DNA of 64,000 bases from Planctomycetota bacterium (GTDB lineage Bacteria; Planctomycetota; UBA8108; SXIK01): contig OZ244999.1 of NCBI GenBank assembly GCA_965223265.1, positions 448,001 through 512,000 on the forward strand, given 5' to 3'. This document shows positions 39,257-48,009 of the stretch, piece by piece. A model generated the notes under the pieces. That model saw nothing but the letters and a program-made list of their open reading frames with translations, was not told the origin of the DNA and ran no database searches. A program made the position numbers and the translations under genes. Numbering within the stretch: position 1 is the first letter of the stretch; each line of letters begins with the position of its first letter.

Positions 39257-39820
39257 CCTATGGTCCGACTGTTGTCAACGGGGGAGCTTTCTTTTCTTGA
39301 TTGTCTTCAATCCGACGTGGGGCAGTTGGGTTGCCTGGGGGTCCGGGGGGCGGCGGGTAGAGCGCCCCCGGGCTCTGTGCAGCCCGGAAGGTACCGCACG
39401 CGGGAGAGATCATTCTGGGTTGCCTGGGGGTCCGGGGGGCGGCGGGTAGAGCGCCCCCGGGCTCTGTGCAGCCCGGAAGGTACCGCACGCGGGAGAGATC
39501 ATTTTCGTAGTAGTGCTGTGTTGTCTTTGGGCTGGCGGTAAAGAAGCCAAGTGTTCGGTTCGCTCTGAGCGCCGGGGCGGCAAAGCGCCTCGCGGCCAAC
39601 TCCTATGCGTGTCCGCTCTCTGGCGGATCACCTGATACTGCGTTCGCATCGCGGCAGGCGAACCGACAAGGACGGTTCCTTCTGAGAAGCACGGCGGCTT
39701 GGAAAGCCAGCCCAGCCTCTGCTCGAACGCGTCCTACAGTCGGCCAAGAATCCGAGTCAGCCCTGCAGGTCCCTCCGTTTGAGTTGGGTTGGTGTGTTGA
39801 GCCTGTTGCTGGTCATCGAA
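39257..39820 (-). ncRNA. 3' non-coding end of the element, predicted to encode a bridge/seek RNA (equivalents at 41036-41510, 42744-43307, 44559-45033, 46267-46830)
   Basis: Long, stem-rich non-coding region downstream of the recombinase as in IS1111-type elements; short matches to target and junction; RNA ends unknown. Confidence 0.65.
39327..39503 (+). repeat. 89-bp tandem duplication within the element (copies 1, 3 and 5 only)
   Basis: TGGGTTGCCTGGGGGTCC...GAGAGATCATT occurs twice; accounts for 1743 vs 1654 bp. Confidence 0.95.
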
Positions 39821-40948
39821 TTAGGAACTGAGCCGTGCCAAGGGAGGTGGTACGTCAGTGCTGAGGAATCGCCAGAGCGAAATGAGCAGCTTTCTGGCTA
39901 AGGCGACGATTCCCGCCTTGCGCGAGCGCTTGGTGCCTGGCCCATAGCGCTGGCAGAACCATTGAGATAGCTGGCTCTGTGGCTGAAAGCGCAGCCAGTT
40001 CCAGGCAGCCTGAACCATGAGTGTGCGTACACGCCCGTTGCCAGCTTTGCTGATTCCTTGCTCGCGTTTGATGTTGTCACTGCGCCAGGGAACGCTCACC
40101 ATTCCTGCCAGGGCTCCGATTTCACGGCGATTGTTGAACTTACGCCAGAAGAACTCGTAGTAGAGCGTTGCGGCAGTGTACATGCCGATGCCGCGCAGGC
40201 TGTTGAGCTTGCCGACTTTCTTGCAGGCCTCCGGCGAGTTGGTGAGCGTTTCGAGAGTCTCGGCCTCAATCTCAGCGATTTGCTCTTCGACAAGCTGCAG
40301 CCGAGCGTGCTCGCGTAGCATGCCTGCCTTGGCATGCGGGGGGATCGCAGATCCATCGGGGCCGCGTAACGTGTCGATGATTTCAGGCAGCTTCTTGAGG
40401 CGGGCGCGGATGCCGAACTTGATCAACATGTCCTTGAGGCGATTGATGTGCCGAGTGCGATCCTTGACAAGGCGCTGACGCTCTCTTGGCAGGCGGCGCT
40501 CGTCCTCGATCTGCACGCTCGGCACATTGACAACGCGCAGTGGGCTGCGCGACGAGCCGTGGTGACGGATCAAAAGATCGAGCATCTTCTCTCCGTCGAG
40601 GCGATCGGTCTTTTGACGCTTGGCGCGCTGATCGACCTCGCAGCTAGCCGGGTCAATGACGGCGTTGTGGATCCCACTGTCTACGAGCCAGCGGTGCAGC
40701 CAGAATCCATCGCGGCCAGCTTCGTAGCAGCTCACCACCTCAGCTTGCGGCGAAAGGCGCAAGCGCGCCTTGGCTTTCGAGAGCTCTTCCTGAAACTCCG
40801 CAAGGTTTCCCGCCTCGACCGTCCTGCAGCGCGGCCGGCTCCCCGCAACACCGCTGACGAGCTTCCACGTTGTGTTGCCAACGTCAATTGCCACGTGAAG
40901 AACTTCGCTCATGTCGGTAAGCTGTCCCTGGGTCGTTCTTGTTGCCAT
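39821..40948 (-). CDS. IS110 family DEDD transposase/recombinase (375 aa), copy 1
   Basis: AID...CYEAG...KTDRLD DEDD tetrad; C-terminal RGIG, PWRSD serine, GISKAGN, VALARKL; AGGAG RBS. Confidence 0.96.
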   Translation of the reverse strand: MATRTTQGQLTDMSEVLHVAIDVGNTTWKLVSGVAGSRPRCRTVEAGNLAEFQEELSKAKARLRLSPQAEVVSCYEAGRDGFWLHRWLVDSGIHNAVIDPASCEVDQRAKRQKTDRLDGEKMLDLLIRHHGSSRSPLRVVNVPSVQIEDERRLPRERQRLVKDRTRHINRLKDMLIKFGIRARLKKLPEIIDTLRGPDGSAIPPHAKAGMLREHARLQLVEEQIAEIEAETLETLTNSPEACKKVGKLNSLRGIGMYTAATLYYEFFWRKFNNRREIGALAGMVSVPWRSDNIKREQGISKAGNGRVRTLMVQAAWNWLRFQPQSQLSQWFCQRYGPGTKRSRKAGIVALARKLLISLWRFLSTDVPPPLARLSS

Positions 40949-40999
40949 CTCTTCACTCCTAAAAAAGACTATGGTACACGAGGACGGCCCATAGTTTCT

Positions 41000-41035
41000 G
41001 AGGCGGAGGCAGAGGCAGAGGCAGAGGCAGAGGCA
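41000..41035 (+). repeat. Inter-element spacer: 6 GAGGCR units
   Basis: Counted directly. Confidence 0.95.
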
Positions 41036-42689
41036 CCTATGGTCCGACTGTTGTCAACGGGGGAGCTTTCTTTTCTTGATTGTCTTCAATCCGACGTGGG
41101 GCAGTTGGGTTGCCTGGGGGTCCGGGGGGCGGCGGGTAGAGCGCCCCCGGGCTCTGTGCAGCCCGGAAGGTACCGCACGCGGGAGAGATCATTTTCGTAG
41201 TAGTGCTGTGTTGTCTTTGGGCTGGCGGTAAAGAAGCCAAGTGTTCGGTTCGCTCTGAGCGCCGGGGCGGCAAAGCGCCTCGCGGCCAACTCCTATGCGT
41301 GTCCGCTCTCTGGCGGATCACCTGATACTGCGTTCGCATCGCGGCAGGCGAACCGACAAGGACGGTTCCTTCTGAGAAGCACGGCGGCTTGGAAAGCCAG
41401 CCCAGCCTCTGCTCGAACGCGTCCTACAGTCGGCCAAGAATCCGAGTCAGCCCTGCAGGTCCCTCCGTTTGAGTTGGGTTGGTGTGTTGAGCCTGTTGCT
41501 GGTCATCGAATTAGGAACTGAGCCGTGCCAACGGAGGTGGTACGTCAGTGCTGAGGAATCGCCAGAGCGAAATGAGCAGCTTTCTGGCTAAGGCGACGAT
41601 TCCCGCCTTGCGCGAGCGCTTGGTGCCTGGCCCATAGCGCTGGCAGAACCATTGAGATAGCTGGCTCTGTGGCTGAAAGCGCAGCCAGTTCCAGGCAGCC
41701 TGAACCATGAGTGTGCGTACACGCCCGTTGCCAGCTTTGCTGATTCCTTGCTCGCGTTTGATGTTGTCACTGCGCCAGGGAACGCTCACCATTCCTGCCA
41801 GGGCTCCGATTTCACGGCGATTGTTGAACTTACGCCAGAAGAACTCGTAGTAGAGCGTTGCGGCAGTGTACATGCCGATGCCGCGCAGGCTGTTGAGCTT
41901 GCCGACTTTCTTGCAGGCCTCCGGCGAGTTGGTGAGCGTTTCGAGAGTCTCGGCCTCAATCTCAGCGATTTGCTCTTCGACAAGCTGCAGCCGAGCGTGC
42001 TCGCGTAGCATGCCTGCCTTGGCATGCGGGGGGATCGCAGATCCATCGGGGCCGCGTAACGTGTCGATGATTTCAGGCAGCTTCTTGAGGCGGGCGCGGA
42101 TGCCGAACTTGATCAACATGTCCTTGAGGCGATTGATGTGCCGAGTGCGATCCTTGACAAGGCGCTGACGCTCTCTTGGCAGGCGGCGCTCGTCCTCGAT
42201 CTGCACGCTCGGCACGTTGACAACGCGCAGTGGGCTGCGCGACGAGCCGTGGTGACGGATCAAAAGATCGAGCATCTTCTCTCCGTCGAGGCGATCGGTC
42301 TTTTGACGCTTGGCGCGCTGATCGACCTCGCAGCTAGCCGGGTCAATGACGGCGTTGTGGATCCCACTGTCTACGAGCCAACGGTGCAGCCAGAATCCAT
42401 CGCGGCCAGCTTCGTAGCAGCTCACCACCTCAGCTTGCGGCGAAAGGCGCAAGCGCGCCTTGGCTTTCGAGAGCTCTTCCTGAAACTCCGCAAGGTTTCC
42501 CGCCTCGACCGTCCTGCAGCGCGGCCGGCTCCCCGCAACACCGCTGACGAGCTTCCACGTTGTGTTGCCAACGTCAATTGCCACGTGAAGAACTTCGCTC
42601 ATGTCGGTAAGCTGTCCCTGGGTCGTTCTTGTTGCCATCTCTTCACTCCTAAAAAAGACTATGGTACACGAGGACGGCCCATAGTTTCT
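41036..42689 (-). mobile_element. IS110/IS1111-type element, copy 2, short allele, 1654 bp
   Basis: Near-identical to copy 1; lacks the 89-bp duplication; 3 synonymous SNPs seen. Confidence 0.95.
41511..42638 (-). CDS. IS110 family transposase, copy 2
   Basis: Protein identical to copy 1. Confidence 0.96.
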   Translation of the reverse strand: MATRTTQGQLTDMSEVLHVAIDVGNTTWKLVSGVAGSRPRCRTVEAGNLAEFQEELSKAKARLRLSPQAEVVSCYEAGRDGFWLHRWLVDSGIHNAVIDPASCEVDQRAKRQKTDRLDGEKMLDLLIRHHGSSRSPLRVVNVPSVQIEDERRLPRERQRLVKDRTRHINRLKDMLIKFGIRARLKKLPEIIDTLRGPDGSAIPPHAKAGMLREHARLQLVEEQIAEIEAETLETLTNSPEACKKVGKLNSLRGIGMYTAATLYYEFFWRKFNNRREIGALAGMVSVPWRSDNIKREQGISKAGNGRVRTLMVQAAWNWLRFQPQSQLSQWFCQRYGPGTKRSRKAGIVALARKLLISLWRFLSTDVPPPLARLSS

Positions 42690-42743
42690 GAGGCGGAGGC
42701 AGAGGCAGAGGCAGAGGCAGAGGCGGAGGCAGAGGCAGAGGCA
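42690..42743 (+). repeat. Inter-element spacer: 9 GAGGCR units
   Basis: Counted directly. Confidence 0.95.
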
Positions 42744-44486
42744 CCTATGGTCCGACTGTTGTCAACGGGGGAGCTTTCTTTTCTTGATTGTCTTCAATCC
42801 GACGTGGGGCAGTTGGGTTGCCTGGGGGTCCGGGGGGCGGCGGGTAGAGCGCCCCCGGGCTCTGTGCAGCCCGGAAGGTACCGCACGCGGGAGAGATCAT
42901 TCTGGGTTGCCTGGGGGTCCGGGGGGCGGCGGGTAGAGCGCCCCCGGGCTCTGTGCAGCCCGGAAGGTACCGCACGCGGGAGAGATCATTTTCGTAGTAG
43001 TGCTGTGTTGTCTTTGGGCTGGCGGTAAAGAAGCCAAGTGTTCGGTTCGCTCTGAGCGCCGGGGCGGCAAAGCGCCTCGCGGCCAACTCCTATGCGTGTC
43101 CGCTCTCTGGCGGATCACCTGATACTGCGTTCGCATCGCGGCAGGCGAACCGACAAGGACGGTTCCTTCTGAGAAGCACGGCGGCTTGGAAAGCCAGCCC
43201 AGCCTCTGCTCGAACGCGTCCTACAGTCGGCCAAGAATCCGAGTCAGCCCTGCAGGTCCCTCCGTTTGAGTTGGGTTGGTGTGTTGAGCCTGTTGCTGGT
43301 CATCGAATTAGGAACTGAGCCGTGCCAAGGGAGGTGGTACGTCAGTGCTGAGGAATCGCCAGAGCGAAATGAGCAGCTTTCTGGCTAAGGCGACGATTCC
43401 CGCCTTGCGCGAGCGCTTGGTGCCTGGCCCATAGCGCTGGCAGAACCATTGAGATAGCTGGCTCTGTGGCTGAAAGCGCAGCCAGTTCCAGGCAGCCTGA
43501 ACCATGAGTGTGCGTACACGCCCGTTGCCAGCTTTGCTGATTCCTTGCTCGCGTTTGATGTTGTCACTGCGCCAGGGAACGCTCACCATTCCTGCCAGGG
43601 CTCCGATTTCACGGCGATTGTTGAACTTACGCCAGAAGAACTCGTAGTAGAGCGTTGCGGCAGTGTACATGCCGATGCCGCGCAGGCTGTTGAGCTTGCC
43701 GACTTTCTTGCAGGCCTCCGGCGAGTTGGTGAGCGTTTCGAGAGTCTCGGCCTCAATCTCAGCGATTTGCTCTTCGACAAGCTGCAGCCGAGCGTGCTCG
43801 CGTAGCATGCCTGCCTTGGCATGCGGGGGGATCGCAGATCCATCGGGGCCGCGTAACGTGTCGATGATTTCAGGCAGCTTCTTGAGGCGGGCGCGGATGC
43901 CGAACTTGATCAACATGTCCTTGAGGCGATTGATGTGCCGAGTGCGATCCTTGACAAGGCGCTGACGCTCTCTTGGCAGGCGGCGCTCGTCCTCGATCTG
44001 CACGCTCGGCACATTGACAACGCGCAGTGGGCTGCGCGACGAGCCGTGGTGACGGATCAAAAGATCGAGCATCTTCTCTCCGTCGAGGCGATCGGTCTTT
44101 TGACGCTTGGCGCGCTGATCGACCTCGCAGCTAGCCGGGTCAATGACGGCGTTGTGGATCCCACTGTCTACGAGCCAGCGGTGCAGCCAGAATCCATCGC
44201 GGCCAGCTTCGTAGCAGCTCACCACCTCAGCTTGCGGCGAAAGGCGCAAGCGCGCCTTGGCTTTCGAGAGCTCTTCCTGAAACTCCGCAAGGTTTCCCGC
44301 CTCGACCGTCCTGCAGCGCGGCCGGCTCCCCGCAACACCGCTGACGAGCTTCCACGTTGTGTTGCCAACGTCAATTGCCACGTGAAGAACTTCGCTCATG
44401 TCGGTAAGCTGTCCCTGGGTCGTTCTTGTTGCCATCTCTTCACTCCTAAAAAAGACTATGGTACACGAGGACGGCCCATAGTTTCT
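42744..44486 (-). mobile_element. IS110/IS1111-type element, copy 3, long allele, 1743 bp
   Basis: Same allele as copy 1. Confidence 0.95.
43308..44435 (-). CDS. IS110 family transposase, copy 3
   Basis: Protein identical to copy 1. Confidence 0.96.
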   Translation of the reverse strand: MATRTTQGQLTDMSEVLHVAIDVGNTTWKLVSGVAGSRPRCRTVEAGNLAEFQEELSKAKARLRLSPQAEVVSCYEAGRDGFWLHRWLVDSGIHNAVIDPASCEVDQRAKRQKTDRLDGEKMLDLLIRHHGSSRSPLRVVNVPSVQIEDERRLPRERQRLVKDRTRHINRLKDMLIKFGIRARLKKLPEIIDTLRGPDGSAIPPHAKAGMLREHARLQLVEEQIAEIEAETLETLTNSPEACKKVGKLNSLRGIGMYTAATLYYEFFWRKFNNRREIGALAGMVSVPWRSDNIKREQGISKAGNGRVRTLMVQAAWNWLRFQPQSQLSQWFCQRYGPGTKRSRKAGIVALARKLLISLWRFLSTDVPPPLARLSS

Positions 44487-44558
44487 GAGGCAGAGGCAGA
44501 GGCAGAGGCAGAGGCGGAGGCAGAGGCAGAGGCAGAGGCAGAGGCGGAGGCAGAGGCA
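44487..44558 (+). repeat. Inter-element spacer: 12 GAGGCR units
   Basis: Counted directly. Confidence 0.95.
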
Positions 44559-46212
44559 CCTATGGTCCGACTGTTGTCAACGGGGGAGCTTTCTTTTCTT
44601 GATTGTCTTCAATCCGACGTGGGGCAGTTGGGTTGCCTGGGGGTCCGGGGGGCGGCGGGTAGAGCGCCCCCGGGCTCTGTGCAGCCCGGAAGGTACCGCA
44701 CGCGGGAGAGATCATTTTCGTAGTAGTGCTGTGTTGTCTTTGGGCTGGCGGTAAAGAAGCCAAGTGTTCGGTTCGCTCTGAGCGCCGGGGCGGCAAAGCG
44801 CCTCGCGGCCAACTCCTATGCGTGTCCGCTCTCTGGCGGATCACCTGATACTGCGTTCGCATCGCGGCAGGCGAACCGACAAGGACGGTTCCTTCTGAGA
44901 AGCACGGCGGCTTGGAAAGCCAGCCCAGCCTCTGCTCGAACGCGTCCTACAGTCGGCCAAGAATCCGAGTCAGCCCTGCAGGTCCCTCCGTTTGAGTTGG
45001 GTTGGTGTGTTGAGCCTGTTGCTGGTCATCGAATTAGGAACTGAGCCGTGCCAAGGGAGGTGGTACGTCAGTGCTGAGGAATCGCCAGAGCGAAATGAGC
45101 AGCTTTCTGGCTAAGGCGACGATTCCCGCCTTGCGCGAGCGCTTGGTGCCTGGCCCATAGCGCTGGCAGAACCATTGAGATAGCTGGCTCTGTGGCTGAA
45201 AGCGCAGCCAGTTCCAGGCAGCCTGAACCATGAGTGTGCGTACACGCCCGTTGCCAGCTTTGCTGATTCCTTGCTCGCGTTTGATGTTGTCACTGCGCCA
45301 GGGAACGCTCACCATTCCTGCCAGGGCTCCGATTTCACGGCGATTGTTGAACTTACGCCAGAAGAACTCGTAGTAGAGCGTTGCGGCAGTGTACATGCCG
45401 ATGCCGCGCAGGCTGTTGAGCTTGCCGACTTTCTTGCAGGCCTCCGGCGAGTTGGTGAGCGTTTCGAGAGTCTCGGCCTCAATCTCAGCGATTTGCTCTT
45501 CGACAAGCTGCAGCCGAGCGTGCTCGCGTAGCATGCCTGCCTTGGCATGCGGGGGGATCGCAGATCCATCGGGGCCGCGTAACGTGTCGATGATTTCAGG
45601 CAGCTTCTTGAGGCGGGCGCGGATGCCGAACTTGATCAACATGTCCTTGAGGCGATTGATGTGCCGAGTGCGATCCTTGACAAGGCGCTGACGCTCTCTT
45701 GGCAGGCGGCGCTCGTCCTCGATCTGCACGCTCGGCACGTTGACAACGCGCAGTGGGCTGCGCGACGAGCCGTGGTGACGGATCAAAAGATCGAGCATCT
45801 TCTCTCCGTCGAGGCGATCGGTCTTTTGACGCTTGGCGCGCTGATCGACCTCGCAGCTAGCCGGGTCAATGACGGCGTTGTGGATCCCACTGTCTACGAG
45901 CCAACGGTGCAGCCAGAATCCATCGCGGCCAGCTTCGTAGCAGCTCACCACCTCAGCTTGCGGCGAAAGGCGCAAGCGCGCCTTGGCTTTCGAGAGCTCT
46001 TCCTGAAACTCCGCAAGGTTTCCCGCCTCGACCGTCCTGCAGCGCGGCCGGCTCCCCGCAACACCGCTGACGAGCTTCCACGTTGTGTTGCCAACGTCAA
46101 TTGCCACGTGAAGAACTTCGCTCATGTCGGTAAGCTGTCCCTGGGTCGTTCTTGTTGCCATCTCTTCACTCCTAAAAAAGACTATGGTACACGAGGACGG
46201 CCCATAGTTTCT
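44559..46212 (-). mobile_element. IS110/IS1111-type element, copy 4, short allele, 1654 bp
   Basis: Short allele sharing two SNPs with copy 2. Confidence 0.95.
45034..46161 (-). CDS. IS110 family transposase, copy 4
   Basis: Protein identical to copy 1. Confidence 0.96.
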   Translation of the reverse strand: MATRTTQGQLTDMSEVLHVAIDVGNTTWKLVSGVAGSRPRCRTVEAGNLAEFQEELSKAKARLRLSPQAEVVSCYEAGRDGFWLHRWLVDSGIHNAVIDPASCEVDQRAKRQKTDRLDGEKMLDLLIRHHGSSRSPLRVVNVPSVQIEDERRLPRERQRLVKDRTRHINRLKDMLIKFGIRARLKKLPEIIDTLRGPDGSAIPPHAKAGMLREHARLQLVEEQIAEIEAETLETLTNSPEACKKVGKLNSLRGIGMYTAATLYYEFFWRKFNNRREIGALAGMVSVPWRSDNIKREQGISKAGNGRVRTLMVQAAWNWLRFQPQSQLSQWFCQRYGPGTKRSRKAGIVALARKLLISLWRFLSTDVPPPLARLSS

Positions 46213-46266
46213 GAGGCGGAGGCAGAGGCAGAGGCAGAGGCAGAGGCGGAGGCAGAGGCAGAGGCA
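46213..46266 (+). repeat. Inter-element spacer: 9 GAGGCR units (same sequence as 42690-42743)
   Basis: Counted directly. Confidence 0.95.
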
Positions 46267-48009
46267 CCTATGGTCCGACTGTTGTCAACGGGGGAGCTTT
46301 CTTTTCTTGATTGTCTTCAATCCGACGTGGGGCAGTTGGGTTGCCTGGGGGTCCGGGGGGCGGCGGGTAGAGCGCCCCCGGGCTCTGTGCAGCCCGGAAG
46401 GTACCGCACGCGGGAGAGATCATTCTGGGTTGCCTGGGGGTCCGGGGGGCGGCGGGTAGAGCGCCCCCGGGCTCTGTGCAGCCCGGAAGGTACCGCACGC
46501 GGGAGAGATCATTTTCGTAGTAGTGCTGTGTTGTCTTTGGGCTGGCGGTAAAGAAGCCAAGTGTTCGGTTCGCTCTGAGCGCCGGGGCGGCAAAGCGCCT
46601 CGCGGCCAACTCCTATGCGTGTCCGCTCTCTGGCGGATCACCTGATACTGCGTTCGCATCGCGGCAGGCGAACCGACAAGGACGGTTCCTTCTGAGAAGC
46701 ACGGCGGCTTGGAAAGCCAGCCCAGCCTCTGCTCGAACGCGTCCTACAGTCGGCCAAGAATCCGAGTCAGCCCTGCAGGTCCCTCCGTTTGAGTTGGGTT
46801 GGTGTGTTGAGCCTGTTGCTGGTCATCGAATTAGGAACTGAGCCGTGCCAAGGGAGGTGGTACGTCAGTGCTGAGGAATCGCCAGAGCGAAATGAGCAGC
46901 TTTCTGGCTAAGGCGACGATTCCCGCCTTGCGCGAGCGCTTGGTGCCTGGCCCATAGCGCTGGCAGAACCATTGAGATAGCTGGCTCTGTGGCTGAAAGC
47001 GCAGCCAGTTCCAGGCAGCCTGAACCATGAGTGTGCGTACACGCCCGTTGCCAGCTTTGCTGATTCCTTGCTCGCGTTTGATGTTGTCACTGCGCCAGGG
47101 AACGCTCACCATTCCTGCCAGGGCTCCGATTTCACGGCGATTGTTGAACTTACGCCAGAAGAACTCGTAGTAGAGCGTTGCGGCAGTGTACATGCCGATG
47201 CCGCGCAGGCTGTTGAGCTTGCCGACTTTCTTGCAGGCCTCCGGCGAGTTGGTGAGCGTTTCGAGAGTCTCGGCCTCAATCTCAGCGATTTGCTCTTCGA
47301 CAAGCTGCAGCCGAGCGTGCTCGCGTAGCATGCCTGCCTTGGCATGCGGGGGGATCGCAGATCCATCGGGGCCGCGTAACGTGTCGATGATTTCAGGCAG
47401 CTTCTTGAGGCGGGCGCGGATGCCGAACTTGATCAACATGTCCTTGAGGCGATTGATGTGCCGAGTGCGATCCTTGACAAGGCGCTGACGCTCTCTTGGC
47501 AGGCGGCGCTCGTCCTCGATCTGCACGCTCGGCACATTGACAACGCGCAGTGGGCTGCGCGACGAGCCGTGGTGACGGATCAAAAGATCGAGCATCTTCT
47601 CTCCGTCGAGGCGATCGGTCTTTTGACGCTTGGCGCGCTGATCGACCTCGCAGCTAGCCGGGTCAATGACGGCGTTGTGGATCCCACTGTCTACGAGCCA
47701 GCGGTGCAGCCAGAATCCATCGCGGCCAGCTTCGTAGCAGCTCACCACCTCAGCTTGCGGCGAAAGGCGCAAGCGCGCCTTGGCTTTCGAGAGCTCTTCC
47801 TGAAACTCCGCAAGGTTTCCCGCCTCGACCGTCCTGCAGCGCGGCCGGCTCCCCGCAACACCGCTGACGAGCTTCCACGTTGTGTTGCCAACGTCAATTG
47901 CCACGTGAAGAACTTCGCTCATGTCGGTAAGCTGTCCCTGGGTCGTTCTTGTTGCCATCTCTTCACTCCTAAAAAAGACTATGGTACACGAGGACGGCCC
48001 ATAGTTTCT
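46267..48009 (-). mobile_element. IS110/IS1111-type element, copy 5, long allele, 1743 bp
   Basis: Same allele as copies 1 and 3. Confidence 0.95.
46831..47958 (-). CDS. IS110 family transposase, copy 5
   Basis: Same 375-aa protein; true start at 47958 by identity with the other copies. Confidence 0.96.
   Translation of the reverse strand: MATRTTQGQLTDMSEVLHVAIDVGNTTWKLVSGVAGSRPRCRTVEAGNLAEFQEELSKAKARLRLSPQAEVVSCYEAGRDGFWLHRWLVDSGIHNAVIDPASCEVDQRAKRQKTDRLDGEKMLDLLIRHHGSSRSPLRVVNVPSVQIEDERRLPRERQRLVKDRTRHINRLKDMLIKFGIRARLKKLPEIIDTLRGPDGSAIPPHAKAGMLREHARLQLVEEQIAEIEAETLETLTNSPEACKKVGKLNSLRGIGMYTAATLYYEFFWRKFNNRREIGALAGMVSVPWRSDNIKREQGISKAGNGRVRTLMVQAAWNWLRFQPQSQLSQWFCQRYGPGTKRSRKAGIVALARKLLISLWRFLSTDVPPPLARLSS

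Larger units (their letters stand above)
39257..40999 (-). mobile_element. IS110-superfamily (IS1111-type) element, copy 1, long allele, 1743 bp
   Basis: Boundaries defined by identity among five copies; subterminal IRs ATGGGCCGTC / ATGGTCCGAC 7 and 3 bp from the ends. Confidence 0.95.

Noticed and set aside
38853-39257. Poly-SA/EA ORFs across the microsatellites
   Set aside because: Translation artefacts of simple repeats.
39258-39649. Short ORFs in the IS 3' region (and their equivalents in other copies)
   Set aside because: No recognisable motifs, and their frames change between L and S alleles; the region is better explained as non-coding.
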